Below are positions 27,825 to 36,224 of a DNA stretch of 44,177 nucleotides, in pieces. A program made the translations under genes and the position numbers. Source of the stretch: a virus (lineage: Duplodnaviria > Caudoviricetes). The stretch is taken from positions 1 through 44,177 of the IMG/VR virus record IMGVR_UViG_3300029930_000003. One strand, written 5' to 3'. Each line of letters begins with the position of its first letter. Positions within the stretch are counted from its first letter, which is position 1. The notes beneath the pieces were generated by a model. The model saw only the letters and a program-made list of their open reading frames with translations. It was not told the origin of the DNA and searched no databases.

Positions 27825-28066
27825 CTTGGGCCTACCTCACTAATGATGAGCGCAACAAGATTTCCCGTAAGAGCGGGCCTTACATTGTAGATGGTTGGGA
27901 ACCGCATGAGGCTGCGGTAAGGCAAGCTAACCCGAGAGAGACTTGGCACGGACTGACGCAGGACGAACGGAAAGCCATCATGGACGAGGCGCTGAAATCT
28001 AAGCCCGTTTACATGAGCCAAGTGTTTGCAACCATAGAAGAGAAGTTAAAAGAAAAAAATTCATAA
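27821..28066 (+). CDS. Hypothetical protein, WxGLT paralogue 3
   Basis: WHGLTQDE...IEEKLKEKNS. Confidence 0.7.
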   Translation: MTWAYLTNDERNKISRKSGPYIVDGWEPHEAAVRQANPRETWHGLTQDERKAIMDEALKSKPVYMSQVFATIEEKLKEKNS

Positions 28067-28079
28067 ACTGGTAATTCAG

Positions 28080-28331
28080 ATGACAAACAAACAACATCAG
28101 GCTTTAGAGGTAGCTTTAAAACTTATGCAACACATGGCCAAGTCTGAACATCCATATCATCGTGCTACTTTGCCGGGTGAATTAGAGATGGCTATTGAAA
28201 TAGTTCATCAAGCTCTTGAAGAATCTCAATTTACATTGATAGGTTACTTTCATCCTTTAAGTCAAAGAGTAAGGTTAGGTAAACAGGTTTTGCATTCTTC
28301 TTGGAAACCAATTTACATAGAAAACAAATGA
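28080..28331 (+). CDS. Hypothetical protein
   Basis: 83-aa ORF with ATGA overlap to the helicase. Confidence 0.55.
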   Translation: MTNKQHQALEVALKLMQHMAKSEHPYHRATLPGELEMAIEIVHQALEESQFTLIGYFHPLSQRVRLGKQVLHSSWKPIYIENK

Positions 28332-29866
28332 GTCTATTTCAAAAATTCAATGAACAGCAAGCCGCTAAGCCGGCTGATCAAAACGTTTCTGCTATTCAAT
28401 TAAGAGACTATCAGGTCGCTTCAATTGATAGTTTGCGTGTTGGATTTCGAGAGGGACACGGTCGGCAAGTTTTGGCTGCAGCGACGGGGGCTGGCAAATC
28501 AATCATCGCTATGAGCATGTTAGATGCTGCCCAATCCAAAGGGTCGCGTGTCATGTTTATATGTGATCGCAGGGTGTTGGTAAATCAATTTTCAAAACAT
28601 CTAGATAGGCATGGCATAGATCATGGTTGCTACATGGCCGGTCATTGGAGACATCGACCGGAGGCTCGAGTCCAGATTGCAAGCATTCAAACTCTTGAAC
28701 GTATGGAATTGTGGCCAGTTGTAGATTTGGTTGTTGTCGATGAAATTCACGCTGTGATGCGTAAGTCTTTGAAGCGATTTCTTGAAACGAGACCTCAGGT
28801 CAAGGTCATTGGTCTTACCGCAACGCCGTTTCATGCGGAGCTGCCTAAATATTTTTCTGCAGTAACCAACGTTATAACGATGCAAGATTTGGTCAAGGAC
28901 CAGTATCTAGTACCTTTCAAAGTCTTCATCGCTCACGAGATTAACGTTAAAGGTGTCCCGGTTACTGCTGGCGAGTGGAAAAAGGATGAACTAGAGAAGC
29001 GTGGTCTGCAGATTGTGGGAGACGTGGTAGCGGACTATGTCAAGATTTCTCAGCAAGTATTCCAAGGATTTCGTAAGACAATTTGCTTCAGTTCTGGGGT
29101 CAACCATAGTGCTGAATTGGTTCGTAGGTTTGCTGAGGTAGGACTCAATTTTGTTTCAATTAGTTATCTGGATTCGGAAGAATACAAGCAGCAAGTTCTT
29201 GAAGATTTTAGCCGATCTGATACGACTATCAACGGTGTAATTAGTTCTGACATTTTGACGCGAGGGTTTGATCAAACAGATGTTGAGCATTTGATTATTG
29301 CCAAACCTTTACGCAAATCATTTTCGATGCATGTTCAGATGATTGGCCGCGGGGCTCGTGCGCATCACAATAAGGAATTTTGTGTAGTGCAGGACAACAG
29401 CGGCAATTGGTTACGATTTCAAGATGATTGGGAGCAGCTGTACACAATCGGTGTTCAAAAATTAGGTTCAGATGTTGACAGCAAGCCTCGCAAGGAACCG
29501 ACTCCCAAAGAAAAAGAAGCGGCGAAGTGTCCTAAATGTGCAGCTCTATGGCAGGGCGGCGACATGTGTATGGCGTGTGGCTATGTCCGAATGCGTCGTA
29601 GTAATGTTCAAGAAGTACCGGGGGAGATGCGTGAATTAAAAACTTCCGGTACTACCTTTGCTGAAAAACAGAATTGGTGGAGCATGCTGATGTATAAAGT
29701 TTTGTACGATGGTTGGGGCAGAAACAGAGCGTTAGCACAGTACAGAGAAAGATATGGAGTGTGGCCGCATGGCATGTCGGATGTTCCTGCAACTCCATCG
29801 GATGAATTTAATAGGTGGACCAAAAGGAGTCTTATCCGGTTTTTGAAGAGCAAGGGGAGGCGCTGA
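28328..29866 (+). CDS. SF2 DEAD/DEAH-box helicase with C-terminal Zn ribbon
   Basis: LRDYQ, ATGAGKS, DEIH, GLTATP, QMIGRGAR, CPKC..CMAC; likely start ATG 28328. Confidence 0.92.
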   Translation: MSLFQKFNEQQAAKPADQNVSAIQLRDYQVASIDSLRVGFREGHGRQVLAAATGAGKSIIAMSMLDAAQSKGSRVMFICDRRVLVNQFSKHLDRHGIDHGCYMAGHWRHRPEARVQIASIQTLERMELWPVVDLVVVDEIHAVMRKSLKRFLETRPQVKVIGLTATPFHAELPKYFSAVTNVITMQDLVKDQYLVPFKVFIAHEINVKGVPVTAGEWKKDELEKRGLQIVGDVVADYVKISQQVFQGFRKTICFSSGVNHSAELVRRFAEVGLNFVSISYLDSEEYKQQVLEDFSRSDTTINGVISSDILTRGFDQTDVEHLIIAKPLRKSFSMHVQMIGRGARAHHNKEFCVVQDNSGNWLRFQDDWEQLYTIGVQKLGSDVDSKPRKEPTPKEKEAAKCPKCAALWQGGDMCMACGYVRMRRSNVQEVPGEMRELKTSGTTFAEKQNWWSMLMYKVLYDGWGRNRALAQYRERYGVWPHGMSDVPATPSDEFNRWTKRSLIRFLKSKGRR

Positions 29867-30747
29867 TGGATCTAATCAGCTTTTGTCGTCAACAAGGAAT
29901 CCTGTTAGAAGCGATGCCCACGATTGGGGTATGGACGCGTCACCCAACTGTAGATCATCCGAAGAAACGCAACGGTGCGGTTAAATTTTTGGGAGACTTT
30001 GCGTTTGTGCAAAATCATGCAACGCAAACTTCTGTGTCTGTGTGGCGTCGCACCGGTGTATTGACAGAATCAGAACGCCGGATGATCGACGTGACTTTGC
30101 GCGGTGCTAAAGACCGGATGATCAAAGGTCAGGAACGTGCAGCTCTTCGAGCCGCGGCGATGTTCAAGCATGCGCACCCTTCTACCCATCCATACCTAGA
30201 AAAGAAGGGATTTCCCAAGGTGACTGGGTTCGTGATTGAACTGGATGATCAACCAACATTGTGTGTGCCGATGTTTGTGGGCAATCGGATGGTTGGATGC
30301 CAGATGATTAAACCGGACGGTCAAAAGCGATTTTTGTCCGGGCAGCGCACGAGCGGGGCTGAGTTCCGTTTTGATAAGCGTGGCATGCATATCCTTGTCG
30401 AGGGATACGCGACAGGGTTAGCCGTACGGGAAGCGATGACGGCTTTGCGGTTGCCATACACAATTCACGTCACCTTTAGCGCCGGCAACATGAAAACGAT
30501 AGCGGCTGGATTACCGGATGGTCTAGTGATTGCTGACAACGATGCATCAGGGACAGGTGAGCGGGTGGCCAAAGAGATCGGATGGCCGTTTTGGATGAGT
30601 GATGTTGTTGGAGAGGATGCCAACGATGCATGGCGTCGGCAGGGCACTTTCAAGCTAAGCCAAGCGATTAGTGCGTTGTTACGGACCGAAAGATTGGCCG
30701 GACGGTCACGTTCTGGGCATCAAGGTCTTGGTGTAACTGCCGCATAA
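29866..30747 (+). CDS. Toprim-domain primase-like protein
   Basis: HPYLEKKG, EGYATG, ADND motifs; GGAGG RBS and TGATG coupling at 29866. Confidence 0.85.
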   Translation: MDLISFCRQQGILLEAMPTIGVWTRHPTVDHPKKRNGAVKFLGDFAFVQNHATQTSVSVWRRTGVLTESERRMIDVTLRGAKDRMIKGQERAALRAAAMFKHAHPSTHPYLEKKGFPKVTGFVIELDDQPTLCVPMFVGNRMVGCQMIKPDGQKRFLSGQRTSGAEFRFDKRGMHILVEGYATGLAVREAMTALRLPYTIHVTFSAGNMKTIAAGLPDGLVIADNDASGTGERVAKEIGWPFWMSDVVGEDANDAWRRQGTFKLSQAISALLRTERLAGRSRSGHQGLGVTAA

Positions 30748-30892
30748 TTTCGCGACCTACCGCAAAGGCGAGACCGAGGTCTTCGCCGATGTGGTAGCCG
30801 CTGATTTGTAGCCCGTCGTCAGTCTCGATCAGGGTGATCAGGAACTGATTGGGCTGAGACAATTTCGGTGTGGGTGATGTCACGTTCGTCAA
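30668..30892 (-). CDS. Hypothetical protein
   Basis: Last ORF of the leftward early block; start uncertain. Confidence 0.45.
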   Translation of the reverse strand: MTNVTSPTPKLSQPNQFLITLIETDDGLQISGYHIGEDLGLAFAVGREIMRQLHQDLDAQNVTVRPIFRSVTTH

Positions 30893-30989
30893 AGGGTGCG
30901 TGTGCGGCTAGCCGGATGGCCTCCGACATAGTACTCGCATCAATCACCGTTTCAAACTCAATTGTTTGTCTGACTCTGATTTTGAACAT
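30819..30989 (-). CDS. Small hypothetical protein
   Basis: MFKIRVRQTIEFETVIDA...; AGGA RBS before ATG 30989. Confidence 0.5.
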   Translation of the reverse strand: MFKIRVRQTIEFETVIDASTMSEAIRLAAHAPFDERDITHTEIVSAQSVPDHPDRD

Positions 30990-31126
30990 GGTTCCTGCAC
31001 TCCAATGGTCTGGAAAAATTTCCATTTCTCTTGAATAACCGGATCCTCTGAGGGTGGTTTCCATCCGAATTCGCGCCATGTCGATTGCACGTCGGTGTGT
31101 TTTTTGTAGCGTGTTGTTGGGTCCAT
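30944..31126 (-). CDS. Small conserved phage protein
   Basis: TDVQSTWREFGWKPPSE motif; AAGGAG RBS. Confidence 0.7.
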   Translation of the reverse strand: MDPTTRYKKHTDVQSTWREFGWKPPSEDPVIQEKWKFFQTIGVQEPCSKSESDKQLSLKR

Positions 31127-31132
31127 GTTTCG

Positions 31133-31309
31133 TCACTCCTTGGTTGGTGGTACAACATAAAATGTCCGAGTTGGTCGGATGACCTCCCCGCCGATCTCTT
31201 GGGCACGTTTTTGTGCCTGCGCCATGCTCATGTATCGGTAAGGCTCGATACGCCCGTCTTGTTGTCTGGCTAGCACTTTGGCGCCGTTGTTGAGTTTATA
31301 GGTCAGCAT
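31133..31309 (-). CDS. Small hypothetical protein (58 aa, not in ORF track)
   Basis: MLTYKLNNGAKVLARQQDGRIEPY...; AGGAGAGCAAC RBS. Confidence 0.7.
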   Translation of the reverse strand: MLTYKLNNGAKVLARQQDGRIEPYRYMSMAQAQKRAQEIGGEVIRPTRTFYVVPPTKE

Positions 31310-31322
31310 GTTGCTCTCCTTG

Positions 31323-31505
31323 TTAAAAATTGCAGCAGCCGCAGCAGGGTGCGTCTTCGCAGCGGCCTTGTTTGTTTTGATACAGTTCTTTCCCCCCTGT
31401 GTTGAAAAAATTGCTCTTAGAGTTCTGATAAAACCGACGCATCCGCGATCGGATGTACTCAGTTTCGTCGTCGTCTAATTGATCGTAGATTGGTTCCTCG
31501 TTCAT
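31323..31505 (-). CDS. Small Cys-rich protein
   Basis: GRCEDAPCCGCC C-terminus; AGGAGAGCAAC RBS. Confidence 0.75.
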   Translation of the reverse strand: MNEEPIYDQLDDDETEYIRSRMRRFYQNSKSNFFNTGGKELYQNKQGRCEDAPCCGCCNF

Positions 31506-31514
31506 GTTGCTCTC

Positions 31515-31853
31515 CTAGTAATTGAAAGAAATCGATGTATGAATAATTGCATTGCGACGATCGAGCCGGACGGTCACATAGCGGGTGGCGCAGCCGCAGC
31601 AATCGTGGCTATGCCGGCAGTCTGAACCTCCGAGTGTGTCTTCGATCGCCTGTTTGTACGCCTGCCGATCTGCCCCGCGGGGCAGTCGAGCGTGTTGGAC
31701 GTAATTAGGGCCTTTGTCGAAGTCTTCGGGCTCCTCAATCGTGATGCGAGCCGGCGTCAATTTGAGCGTGTCAAGATAGGTCCATTGATCCTCACCCGCC
31801 CATCCATCTCTGTATTTACGGGTGTGTCGTTGATATATGTGAACTTCATACAT
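31515..31853 (-). CDS. Cys/His-rich hypothetical protein
   Basis: Likely start MYEVHIY at 31853 (GGAG RBS); CRHSHDCCGC motif. Confidence 0.7.
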   Translation of the reverse strand: MYEVHIYQRHTRKYRDGWAGEDQWTYLDTLKLTPARITIEEPEDFDKGPNYVQHARLPRGADRQAYKQAIEDTLGGSDCRHSHDCCGCATRYVTVRLDRRNAIIHTSISFNY

Positions 31854-32547
31854 GATTGGATCTCCGCGCAAGGGCGCCGTGCAGAATGATAGAGACACTT
31901 GCTTGGTTAGGACGATCGGCGCCGTGACAAGCCAGACAGCTTGAGCATTGCCGCGTGTTCCCGGCTTCGTCGGAGGCTGGGCAGCCGAATTCTTTGGGCT
32001 CGAGCGGTTGGCCGTCGCGACGTGTTCGGAAGGTTCGCCAACCCATCGATTGAGCGCGGCGCATGTCTTCGATTGTTTCGACCGAGGCCATAGCGAACGG
32101 GCGGATCCAATCGTAGTGGCGCCATTGATGTGTGTAGGCCGTCCAACCTTTAGCCGACTGAATGATCGGCATCCACGCGGCCGCGGGGAGTGCAGTTGGA
32201 TCCCCGTAGGACCCACCTCGGACCAGTTGTCCGCGGACCCGTTGCGCAGCCTGAGCCGGCGTCACAATATCGTACGATCCGCGTAGCCACGCGTAGTAGA
32301 TAGCCGAAGGCGCCTGATGCATTGTGACGTAGCAGCGCCGTGGGCCCGGTCCACGCAATGCACAGTCTCCGCAGACTCCGCGGTCAGCACCTGTGCGCAC
32401 GGCCTCGGTCGGCGGCATGTCAGCGCGTAGGATCCACGTCTGCCACATGTCGCCAGTCTTTGTGTTTCGTGTCGCGTTAGTCGCGATCGCGACAATTGGA
32501 TCCCCTGTCAATTCCGAGGGTCCGTCGTACCAAACAAATCCGCTCAT
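31846..32547 (-). CDS. Cys-rich conserved phage protein (gp88-like, possible metal/Fe-S binding)
   Basis: YDGPS...NTKTGDMWQTWILR...CGDC...CYV...GSYGDP...YTHQW...CPA...CSSCLAC. Confidence 0.75.
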   Translation of the reverse strand: MSGFVWYDGPSELTGDPIVAIATNATRNTKTGDMWQTWILRADMPPTEAVRTGADRGVCGDCALRGPGPRRCYVTMHQAPSAIYYAWLRGSYDIVTPAQAAQRVRGQLVRGGSYGDPTALPAAAWMPIIQSAKGWTAYTHQWRHYDWIRPFAMASVETIEDMRRAQSMGWRTFRTRRDGQPLEPKEFGCPASDEAGNTRQCSSCLACHGADRPNQASVSIILHGALARRSNHV

Positions 32548-32777
32548 TTAATGCTCCGTAAAATCGTTTGAAGTGTGAGACTGGACACAGGAACCGGTGT
32601 CCAACCAGTTTTAAGTTTTCGCTCGAGCCACGGCGCACCGGCGCCCACACGTCGTAGACGGTGGGTACCGGCGCGAATCCCTGCAATGGCCTCGATTGCG
32701 GTTATAGCGCGACCCCGAGCCATAGAAACGCCCAGATAGCGACTGATAACAGGATGGCATGAATGTAGATCATTCAA
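32544..32777 (-). CDS. Hypothetical protein
   Basis: 77 aa, GGAGG RBS, coupled to both neighbours. Confidence 0.55.
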   Translation of the reverse strand: MNDLHSCHPVISRYLGVSMARGRAITAIEAIAGIRAGTHRLRRVGAGAPWLERKLKTGWTPVPVSSLTLQTILRSIK

Positions 32778-33069
32778 ACTCCTCCGACACGTTGAAACTG
32801 AGACTCCGCAGCAGCGCGATTGCCTCTCTGGGCAGCGCCATAATCCCGTCGTAGTCGGTCAGGTTGCGGTCTGCATCGAACCAAAGACCAATCTCCTCGA
32901 ATTCGCTCAAGGAGGGAATGTCCCATTCGATCAAACCGTGTCGATAGTCAGGCGCGACGTACAGGGTCATCGTTGAGGGGTGAATCCCTTGGTCCCGGTG
33001 TCCCCACGATCCGTGCTTCAGCAAGGCGGCGGTAAACGTGCATTGTCCGATCTGTTCGTATTTCACCAT
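32770..33069 (-). CDS. Hypothetical protein
   Basis: IEWDIP...EIGLWFD...LTDYDG..LP motif; GGAG RBS. Confidence 0.7.
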   Translation of the reverse strand: MVKYEQIGQCTFTAALLKHGSWGHRDQGIHPSTMTLYVAPDYRHGLIEWDIPSLSEFEEIGLWFDADRNLTDYDGIMALPREAIALLRSLSFNVSEEFE

Positions 33070-33338
33070 GTTGGTGATCTCCAGTTTGGGTTGTTGACGC
33101 GAGGCAAATCGCGGATGTGAGTGTGATCGACGTACCGCTCGATAATCTCGAAATGCAGGTTGGCGGCGCGTAGCGCGTCAATCAGAATGCCGGCGTCACA
33201 ATCTTCTTCGAGCCAGAAAGTGTCACCGTCAATGTAGGAGTACGGACTGATGCGGTCAACGATGTGCAGCTGCAGCGCGAGATCAGTCGGGCATCCGATC
33301 CACCCGTGTCCGGGGTCTTGCAGGTAGGTCAGTTGCAT
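33063..33338 (-). CDS. Conserved mobile-element protein (DPGHGW...LEEDCD family)
   Basis: DPGHGW, SPYSY, WLEEDCDA motifs. Confidence 0.75.
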   Translation of the reverse strand: MQLTYLQDPGHGWIGCPTDLALQLHIVDRISPYSYIDGDTFWLEEDCDAGILIDALRAANLHFEIIERYVDHTHIRDLPRVNNPNWRSPTW

Positions 33339-33340
33339 GA

Positions 33341-33499
33341 TTATTCGTCTCCAGCGGCCTTAGCGACAGCGGCACGGGCCTGTGCTGCCCATTCCGGTTC
33401 GTCGTACCCCTCGGCGTACAGGCGGTCTACTTCGTCCAGGGCAGCGTTCAGCGCGTCCAGCAGATCCTGGGCGGCGGCGATTAGAGGTAGGCGTGTCAT
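33341..33499 (-). CDS. Small protein, 'IAAAPDLL...ARAAIAKA' type (52 aa, not in ORF track)
   Basis: MTRLPLIAAAQDLLDAL...ARAAVAKAAGDE; AAGGAG RBS. Confidence 0.7.
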   Translation of the reverse strand: MTRLPLIAAAQDLLDALNAALDEVDRLYAEGYDEPEWAAQARAAVAKAAGDE

Positions 33500-33672
33500 T
33501 GCGGTTGCTCCTTCGTCAGGCGGATGGCAGTGTTGAGAACAACGTGGATGGCGGTGATCACCGCATTGGGCTCGCTCGAGGCGCGCGCTACCATGTAGGC
33601 GTACTCGAGGGCCTCGTCCATCGTTGGACGTTCCGAGAACAGGGCGATGCGGTAGGGGGTCAGGTCGGACAT
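33496..33672 (-). CDS. Small hypothetical protein (58 aa, not in ORF track)
   Basis: MSDLTPYRIALFSERPTMDEALEYAYMVA...TAIHVVLNT; GGAG RBS. Confidence 0.7.
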   Translation of the reverse strand: MSDLTPYRIALFSERPTMDEALEYAYMVARASSEPNAVITAIHVVLNTAIRLTKEQPQ

Positions 33673-33689
33673 GATGTGCTCCAGGTTGA

Positions 33690-33705
33690 GGGGCCCGAGG
33701 GCCCC
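33690..33705 (-). promoter_or_regulatory. Intergenic GC hairpin GGGGCC-CTCG-GGCCCC, copy 1
   Basis: Between a stop codon and the next RBS; near-identical to 34143-34158. Confidence 0.65.
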
Positions 33706-33711
33706 ATGAGT

Positions 33712-34125
33712 TTAGAGGGAGATCTGCGCGGAGCAGATCAGTTCGCGGACACGTTCTTCGACTTTTTCGTCGATGTGATTGTCGAAGCCGGACCAGTCAA
33801 GGTTGGATGCATCAACGAATTCGGACAGGTCATTGTTTTCGACGTACTCGGATATCCGCGCATCGATCGTCTCTTCAAGATCATCGACGTTGATACTCGC
33901 TTCGAGCGCGTCCAGACGGTTGCAGATAGCCTGTAGGCCGACGTTATCAGTCGTGGTGAGCACACGCGTTTCGACAGCGTTCAGACGATCGGTCAAGTGT
34001 CTGCCGGCCGTCGCAGACCATGCGTCTAGCGCACGGACAGATGATTCGATGGTAGCGATCCGTTCTAGCAGCGGCTTGAGGGCCTCGTTGATGGCCTGTG
34101 TCAGGGCGGTGTTGAGGTCGATCAT
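33712..34125 (-). CDS. Acidic coiled-coil hypothetical protein
   Basis: 137 aa, AGGAGAGCAAC RBS. Confidence 0.7.
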   Translation of the reverse strand: MIDLNTALTQAINEALKPLLERIATIESSVRALDAWSATAGRHLTDRLNAVETRVLTTTDNVGLQAICNRLDALEASINVDDLEETIDARISEYVENNDLSEFVDASNLDWSGFDNHIDEKVEERVRELICSAQISL

Positions 34126-34142
34126 GTTGCTCTCCTTGGTGA

Positions 34143-34158
34143 GGGGCCCGAAGGCCCC
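34143..34158 (-). promoter_or_regulatory. Intergenic hairpin GGGGCC-TTCG-GGCCCC, copy 2
   Basis: C(UUCG)G tetraloop on the transcribed strand. Confidence 0.65.
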
Positions 34159-34163
34159 GTGGT

Positions 34164-34721
34164 TTAGATGCGGTACAGGACCACGCCGGTGCCGTAGTCG
34201 GACACTACGACAACCTCGTCGAGACGGCCTTCCCGCAGGGCATCAATTTGCGCATCCGTCGGCGTCTCTCCGGCCATTTCGCCGTAGCGAGCGATTGCCT
34301 CCTCGAGGCGGTCAAACTGGCGAACAGTTTCTCCGTCAACGTCCGAGGTGCGGACTACCCACGCTCCGTTGATGATCGAGGGCAGGTTGTAGGCATTGGC
34401 GAGCGCCTCCCACGTCGCGGCCAACGTGCCGTAACTCTGGACCCAACGTTCGAGGGTTGCGTCGTCCATCGTCTCGGCAATCAGGTCCCATCCGAGCGCG
34501 TAGAAGGCGCCATTGGCGCGTTCGCGGATTTGCTTCACTACCTCGCGGATCGTCTCGTCCGTCTCGGGAGCGTGACGCGTGAAAAGGTCGCCGAAGGTCA
34601 GCAGCAGCTTGGCCTTGTTGTTGCTGTCGGCGCGGAAGTAGGCGGTCGCGATCGCCGATGCGAACCCGCCACCGATGCGGTCCATGTTGTGTGCAGCCGC
34701 GTTCAGTTGATCGTCGGTCAT
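34164..34721 (-). CDS. Hypothetical protein
   Basis: Likely start MTDDQL at 34721; GGGFASAIA..FRADSNN motif. Confidence 0.65.
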   Translation of the reverse strand: MTDDQLNAAAHNMDRIGGGFASAIATAYFRADSNNKAKLLLTFGDLFTRHAPETDETIREVVKQIRERANGAFYALGWDLIAETMDDATLERWVQSYGTLAATWEALANAYNLPSIINGAWVVRTSDVDGETVRQFDRLEEAIARYGEMAGETPTDAQIDALREGRLDEVVVVSDYGTGVVLYRI

Positions 34722-34752
34722 GGGTGTCCCCTTTCGGTTGATAACAGTCATC

Positions 34753-35034
34753 TCAAACTCCTCGTGCCGCGACCGGGGCCCACAGCGCGTTCCGATCGTC
34801 ATCACCGATAAACTGAATAATTGCCAGATCAGGCGTGAGTACTACTCTGTTGCCGAGTTCATCCCACCCTTGAGCGATGTGCTCTTTCACAACCCGAATC
34901 TGGCCCGGACGTTGCGGTCCCTGCATGAGCGGGTGCGAAGCGGGGAGTGCTGCCCAGAGATTGCGCAGTCCATTGGTCCGCGCTGTGGCTAGCCAGTCTG
35001 CTATCGCTGCCTGCTGCTTTCGTGTCGTTTTCAT
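34753..35034 (-). CDS. Hypothetical protein, first gene of the early block
   Basis: MKTTRKQQ at 35034 with AGGAG RBS. Confidence 0.6.
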   Translation of the reverse strand: MKTTRKQQAAIADWLATARTNGLRNLWAALPASHPLMQGPQRPGQIRVVKEHIAQGWDELGNRVVLTPDLAIIQFIGDDDRNALWAPVAARGV

Positions 35035-35184
35035 CGTGTGCTCCTGCGTTGGTTGAGAGAGACCCGATTGTGACCTTGTCAAGTGGGTTTGTGGGTGGTT
35101 TTGGCGATGATATTTTTTGATCGCTTGCCTCCGGGGATAGGCATAGCCTATGATGTACTCCCCGGCTAGCCCGAAGGGCGACAG

Positions 35185-35892
35185 ATGAAACGATCACAAG
35201 TCAAAGAAGCACTAGACACACTCCCAGATTCAGCACTACTTGGAGCAGCTCACAAGGAGTTGACACCCAAACAACGTAAGTTCGCACGGGAGGTAGCAAA
35301 GGGGTCAACGAAGGCAGAAGCGTACCGACGGAGCTACAAATCCACGGCAGCACCATCAACACTACGCAACGAACCCTATGCTCTGGCAGCTCACCCCGGC
35401 GTGGCCCGTGAAATCGAAGCGTACAAACTGGCAATGGCGGCGCAAGAATACCGCACCCCGGCGCACTTGAGAGGTCTGATCGTCCAGACACTCACTCAGA
35501 CCATCCTCGACCCAGACACGCCACCGTCCGTTCGTGTGCAAGCAGCTCGAGTGCTCGGCACGATCACGGAGGTGAGTGCATTCACGCACAGGACCGAGAC
35601 CACAGTCATCAGGCGCAGCGATGAGGCAAAGCTAGAGTTGTTGGAGCAGCTCAAGGCCATGATGCGAACCGTTGATGAAGGTGGCAACCTCGATGCCGAT
35701 CAGCTGCTACGCGAGCTCGAGACACCCCACCGTGGGGGCACCCCCGCCGCGGCGCTCGCGACGCACCGTGGCGTGACGCATAGTAATCCCCACGATGGAA
35801 CCCAAACTGACATTGAAGTGGTTGAAAATATTGAAGAAAGTGAAAAAGTTGAAGAAGTTGTTGGTGATGCAAAAAGTGAAGTACCCCGGTAG
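35185..35892 (+). CDS. terS: Terminase small subunit
   Basis: LTPKQRKFA...AEAYRRSY N-terminal HTH motif; upstream of terL. Confidence 0.75.
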   Translation: MKRSQVKEALDTLPDSALLGAAHKELTPKQRKFAREVAKGSTKAEAYRRSYKSTAAPSTLRNEPYALAAHPGVAREIEAYKLAMAAQEYRTPAHLRGLIVQTLTQTILDPDTPPSVRVQAARVLGTITEVSAFTHRTETTVIRRSDEAKLELLEQLKAMMRTVDEGGNLDADQLLRELETPHRGGTPAAALATHRGVTHSNPHDGTQTDIEVVENIEESEKVEEVVGDAKSEVPR

Positions 35893-35911
35893 TGTTTTTA
35901 ATTAGGAAGGG

Positions 35912-36223
35912 GTGGGGGGGTATATTTTGAAGAGGGAGATAAGGTATAACAAGGAGATGGCGAAGAGGTATGAAGAGGAAGAGGTGAGGGGTAGGGAGAT
36001 GAGTCCTGCGCAGAGGGAAGTATTTTTGATAGTAGATGAGTATTGGAAGAGGTATGGATGTAGTCCTACGTTGAGGGAGATAGCGTATTTGAGGGGGAAG
36101 ATGGGGATGAGGAATACGCAGAGGTTAGTGGATAGGTTAGTGGAGTTGGGGGTATTGAAGAAGGTGAAGAATTTAGGTCGTACGGTGAGGCCGACGTACA
36201 TTAATTTTAGGTTTCTGGAGTAG
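35912..36223 (+). CDS. LexA-like DNA-binding domain protein (no peptidase domain)
   Basis: SPAQREVF..Y..RYGCSPTLREIA...LVELGVL....RT; start uncertain. Confidence 0.75.
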   Translation: MGGYILKREIRYNKEMAKRYEEEEVRGREMSPAQREVFLIVDEYWKRYGCSPTLREIAYLRGKMGMRNTQRLVDRLVELGVLKKVKNLGRTVRPTYINFRFLE

Positions 36224-36224
36224 G

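Noticed and set aside
27199-28066. Diversity-generating retroelement TR/VR pair
   Set aside because: No reverse transcriptase in the window; repeats are short identical blocks, not adenine-specific variants
31854-32216. N-terminal extension of the 31515-32216 ORF
   Set aside because: Overlaps the Cys-rich gene in another frame; an RBS supports the start at 31853
34738-34757. Additional palindrome copy (TTGATAACAGTCATC)
   Set aside because: Only one half-site matches; could be chance
33382-34811. Long + strand ORFs (184-197 aa) in the GC-rich block
   Set aside because: Antisense shadows of minus-strand genes that have clear RBSs; high GC reduces stop frequency
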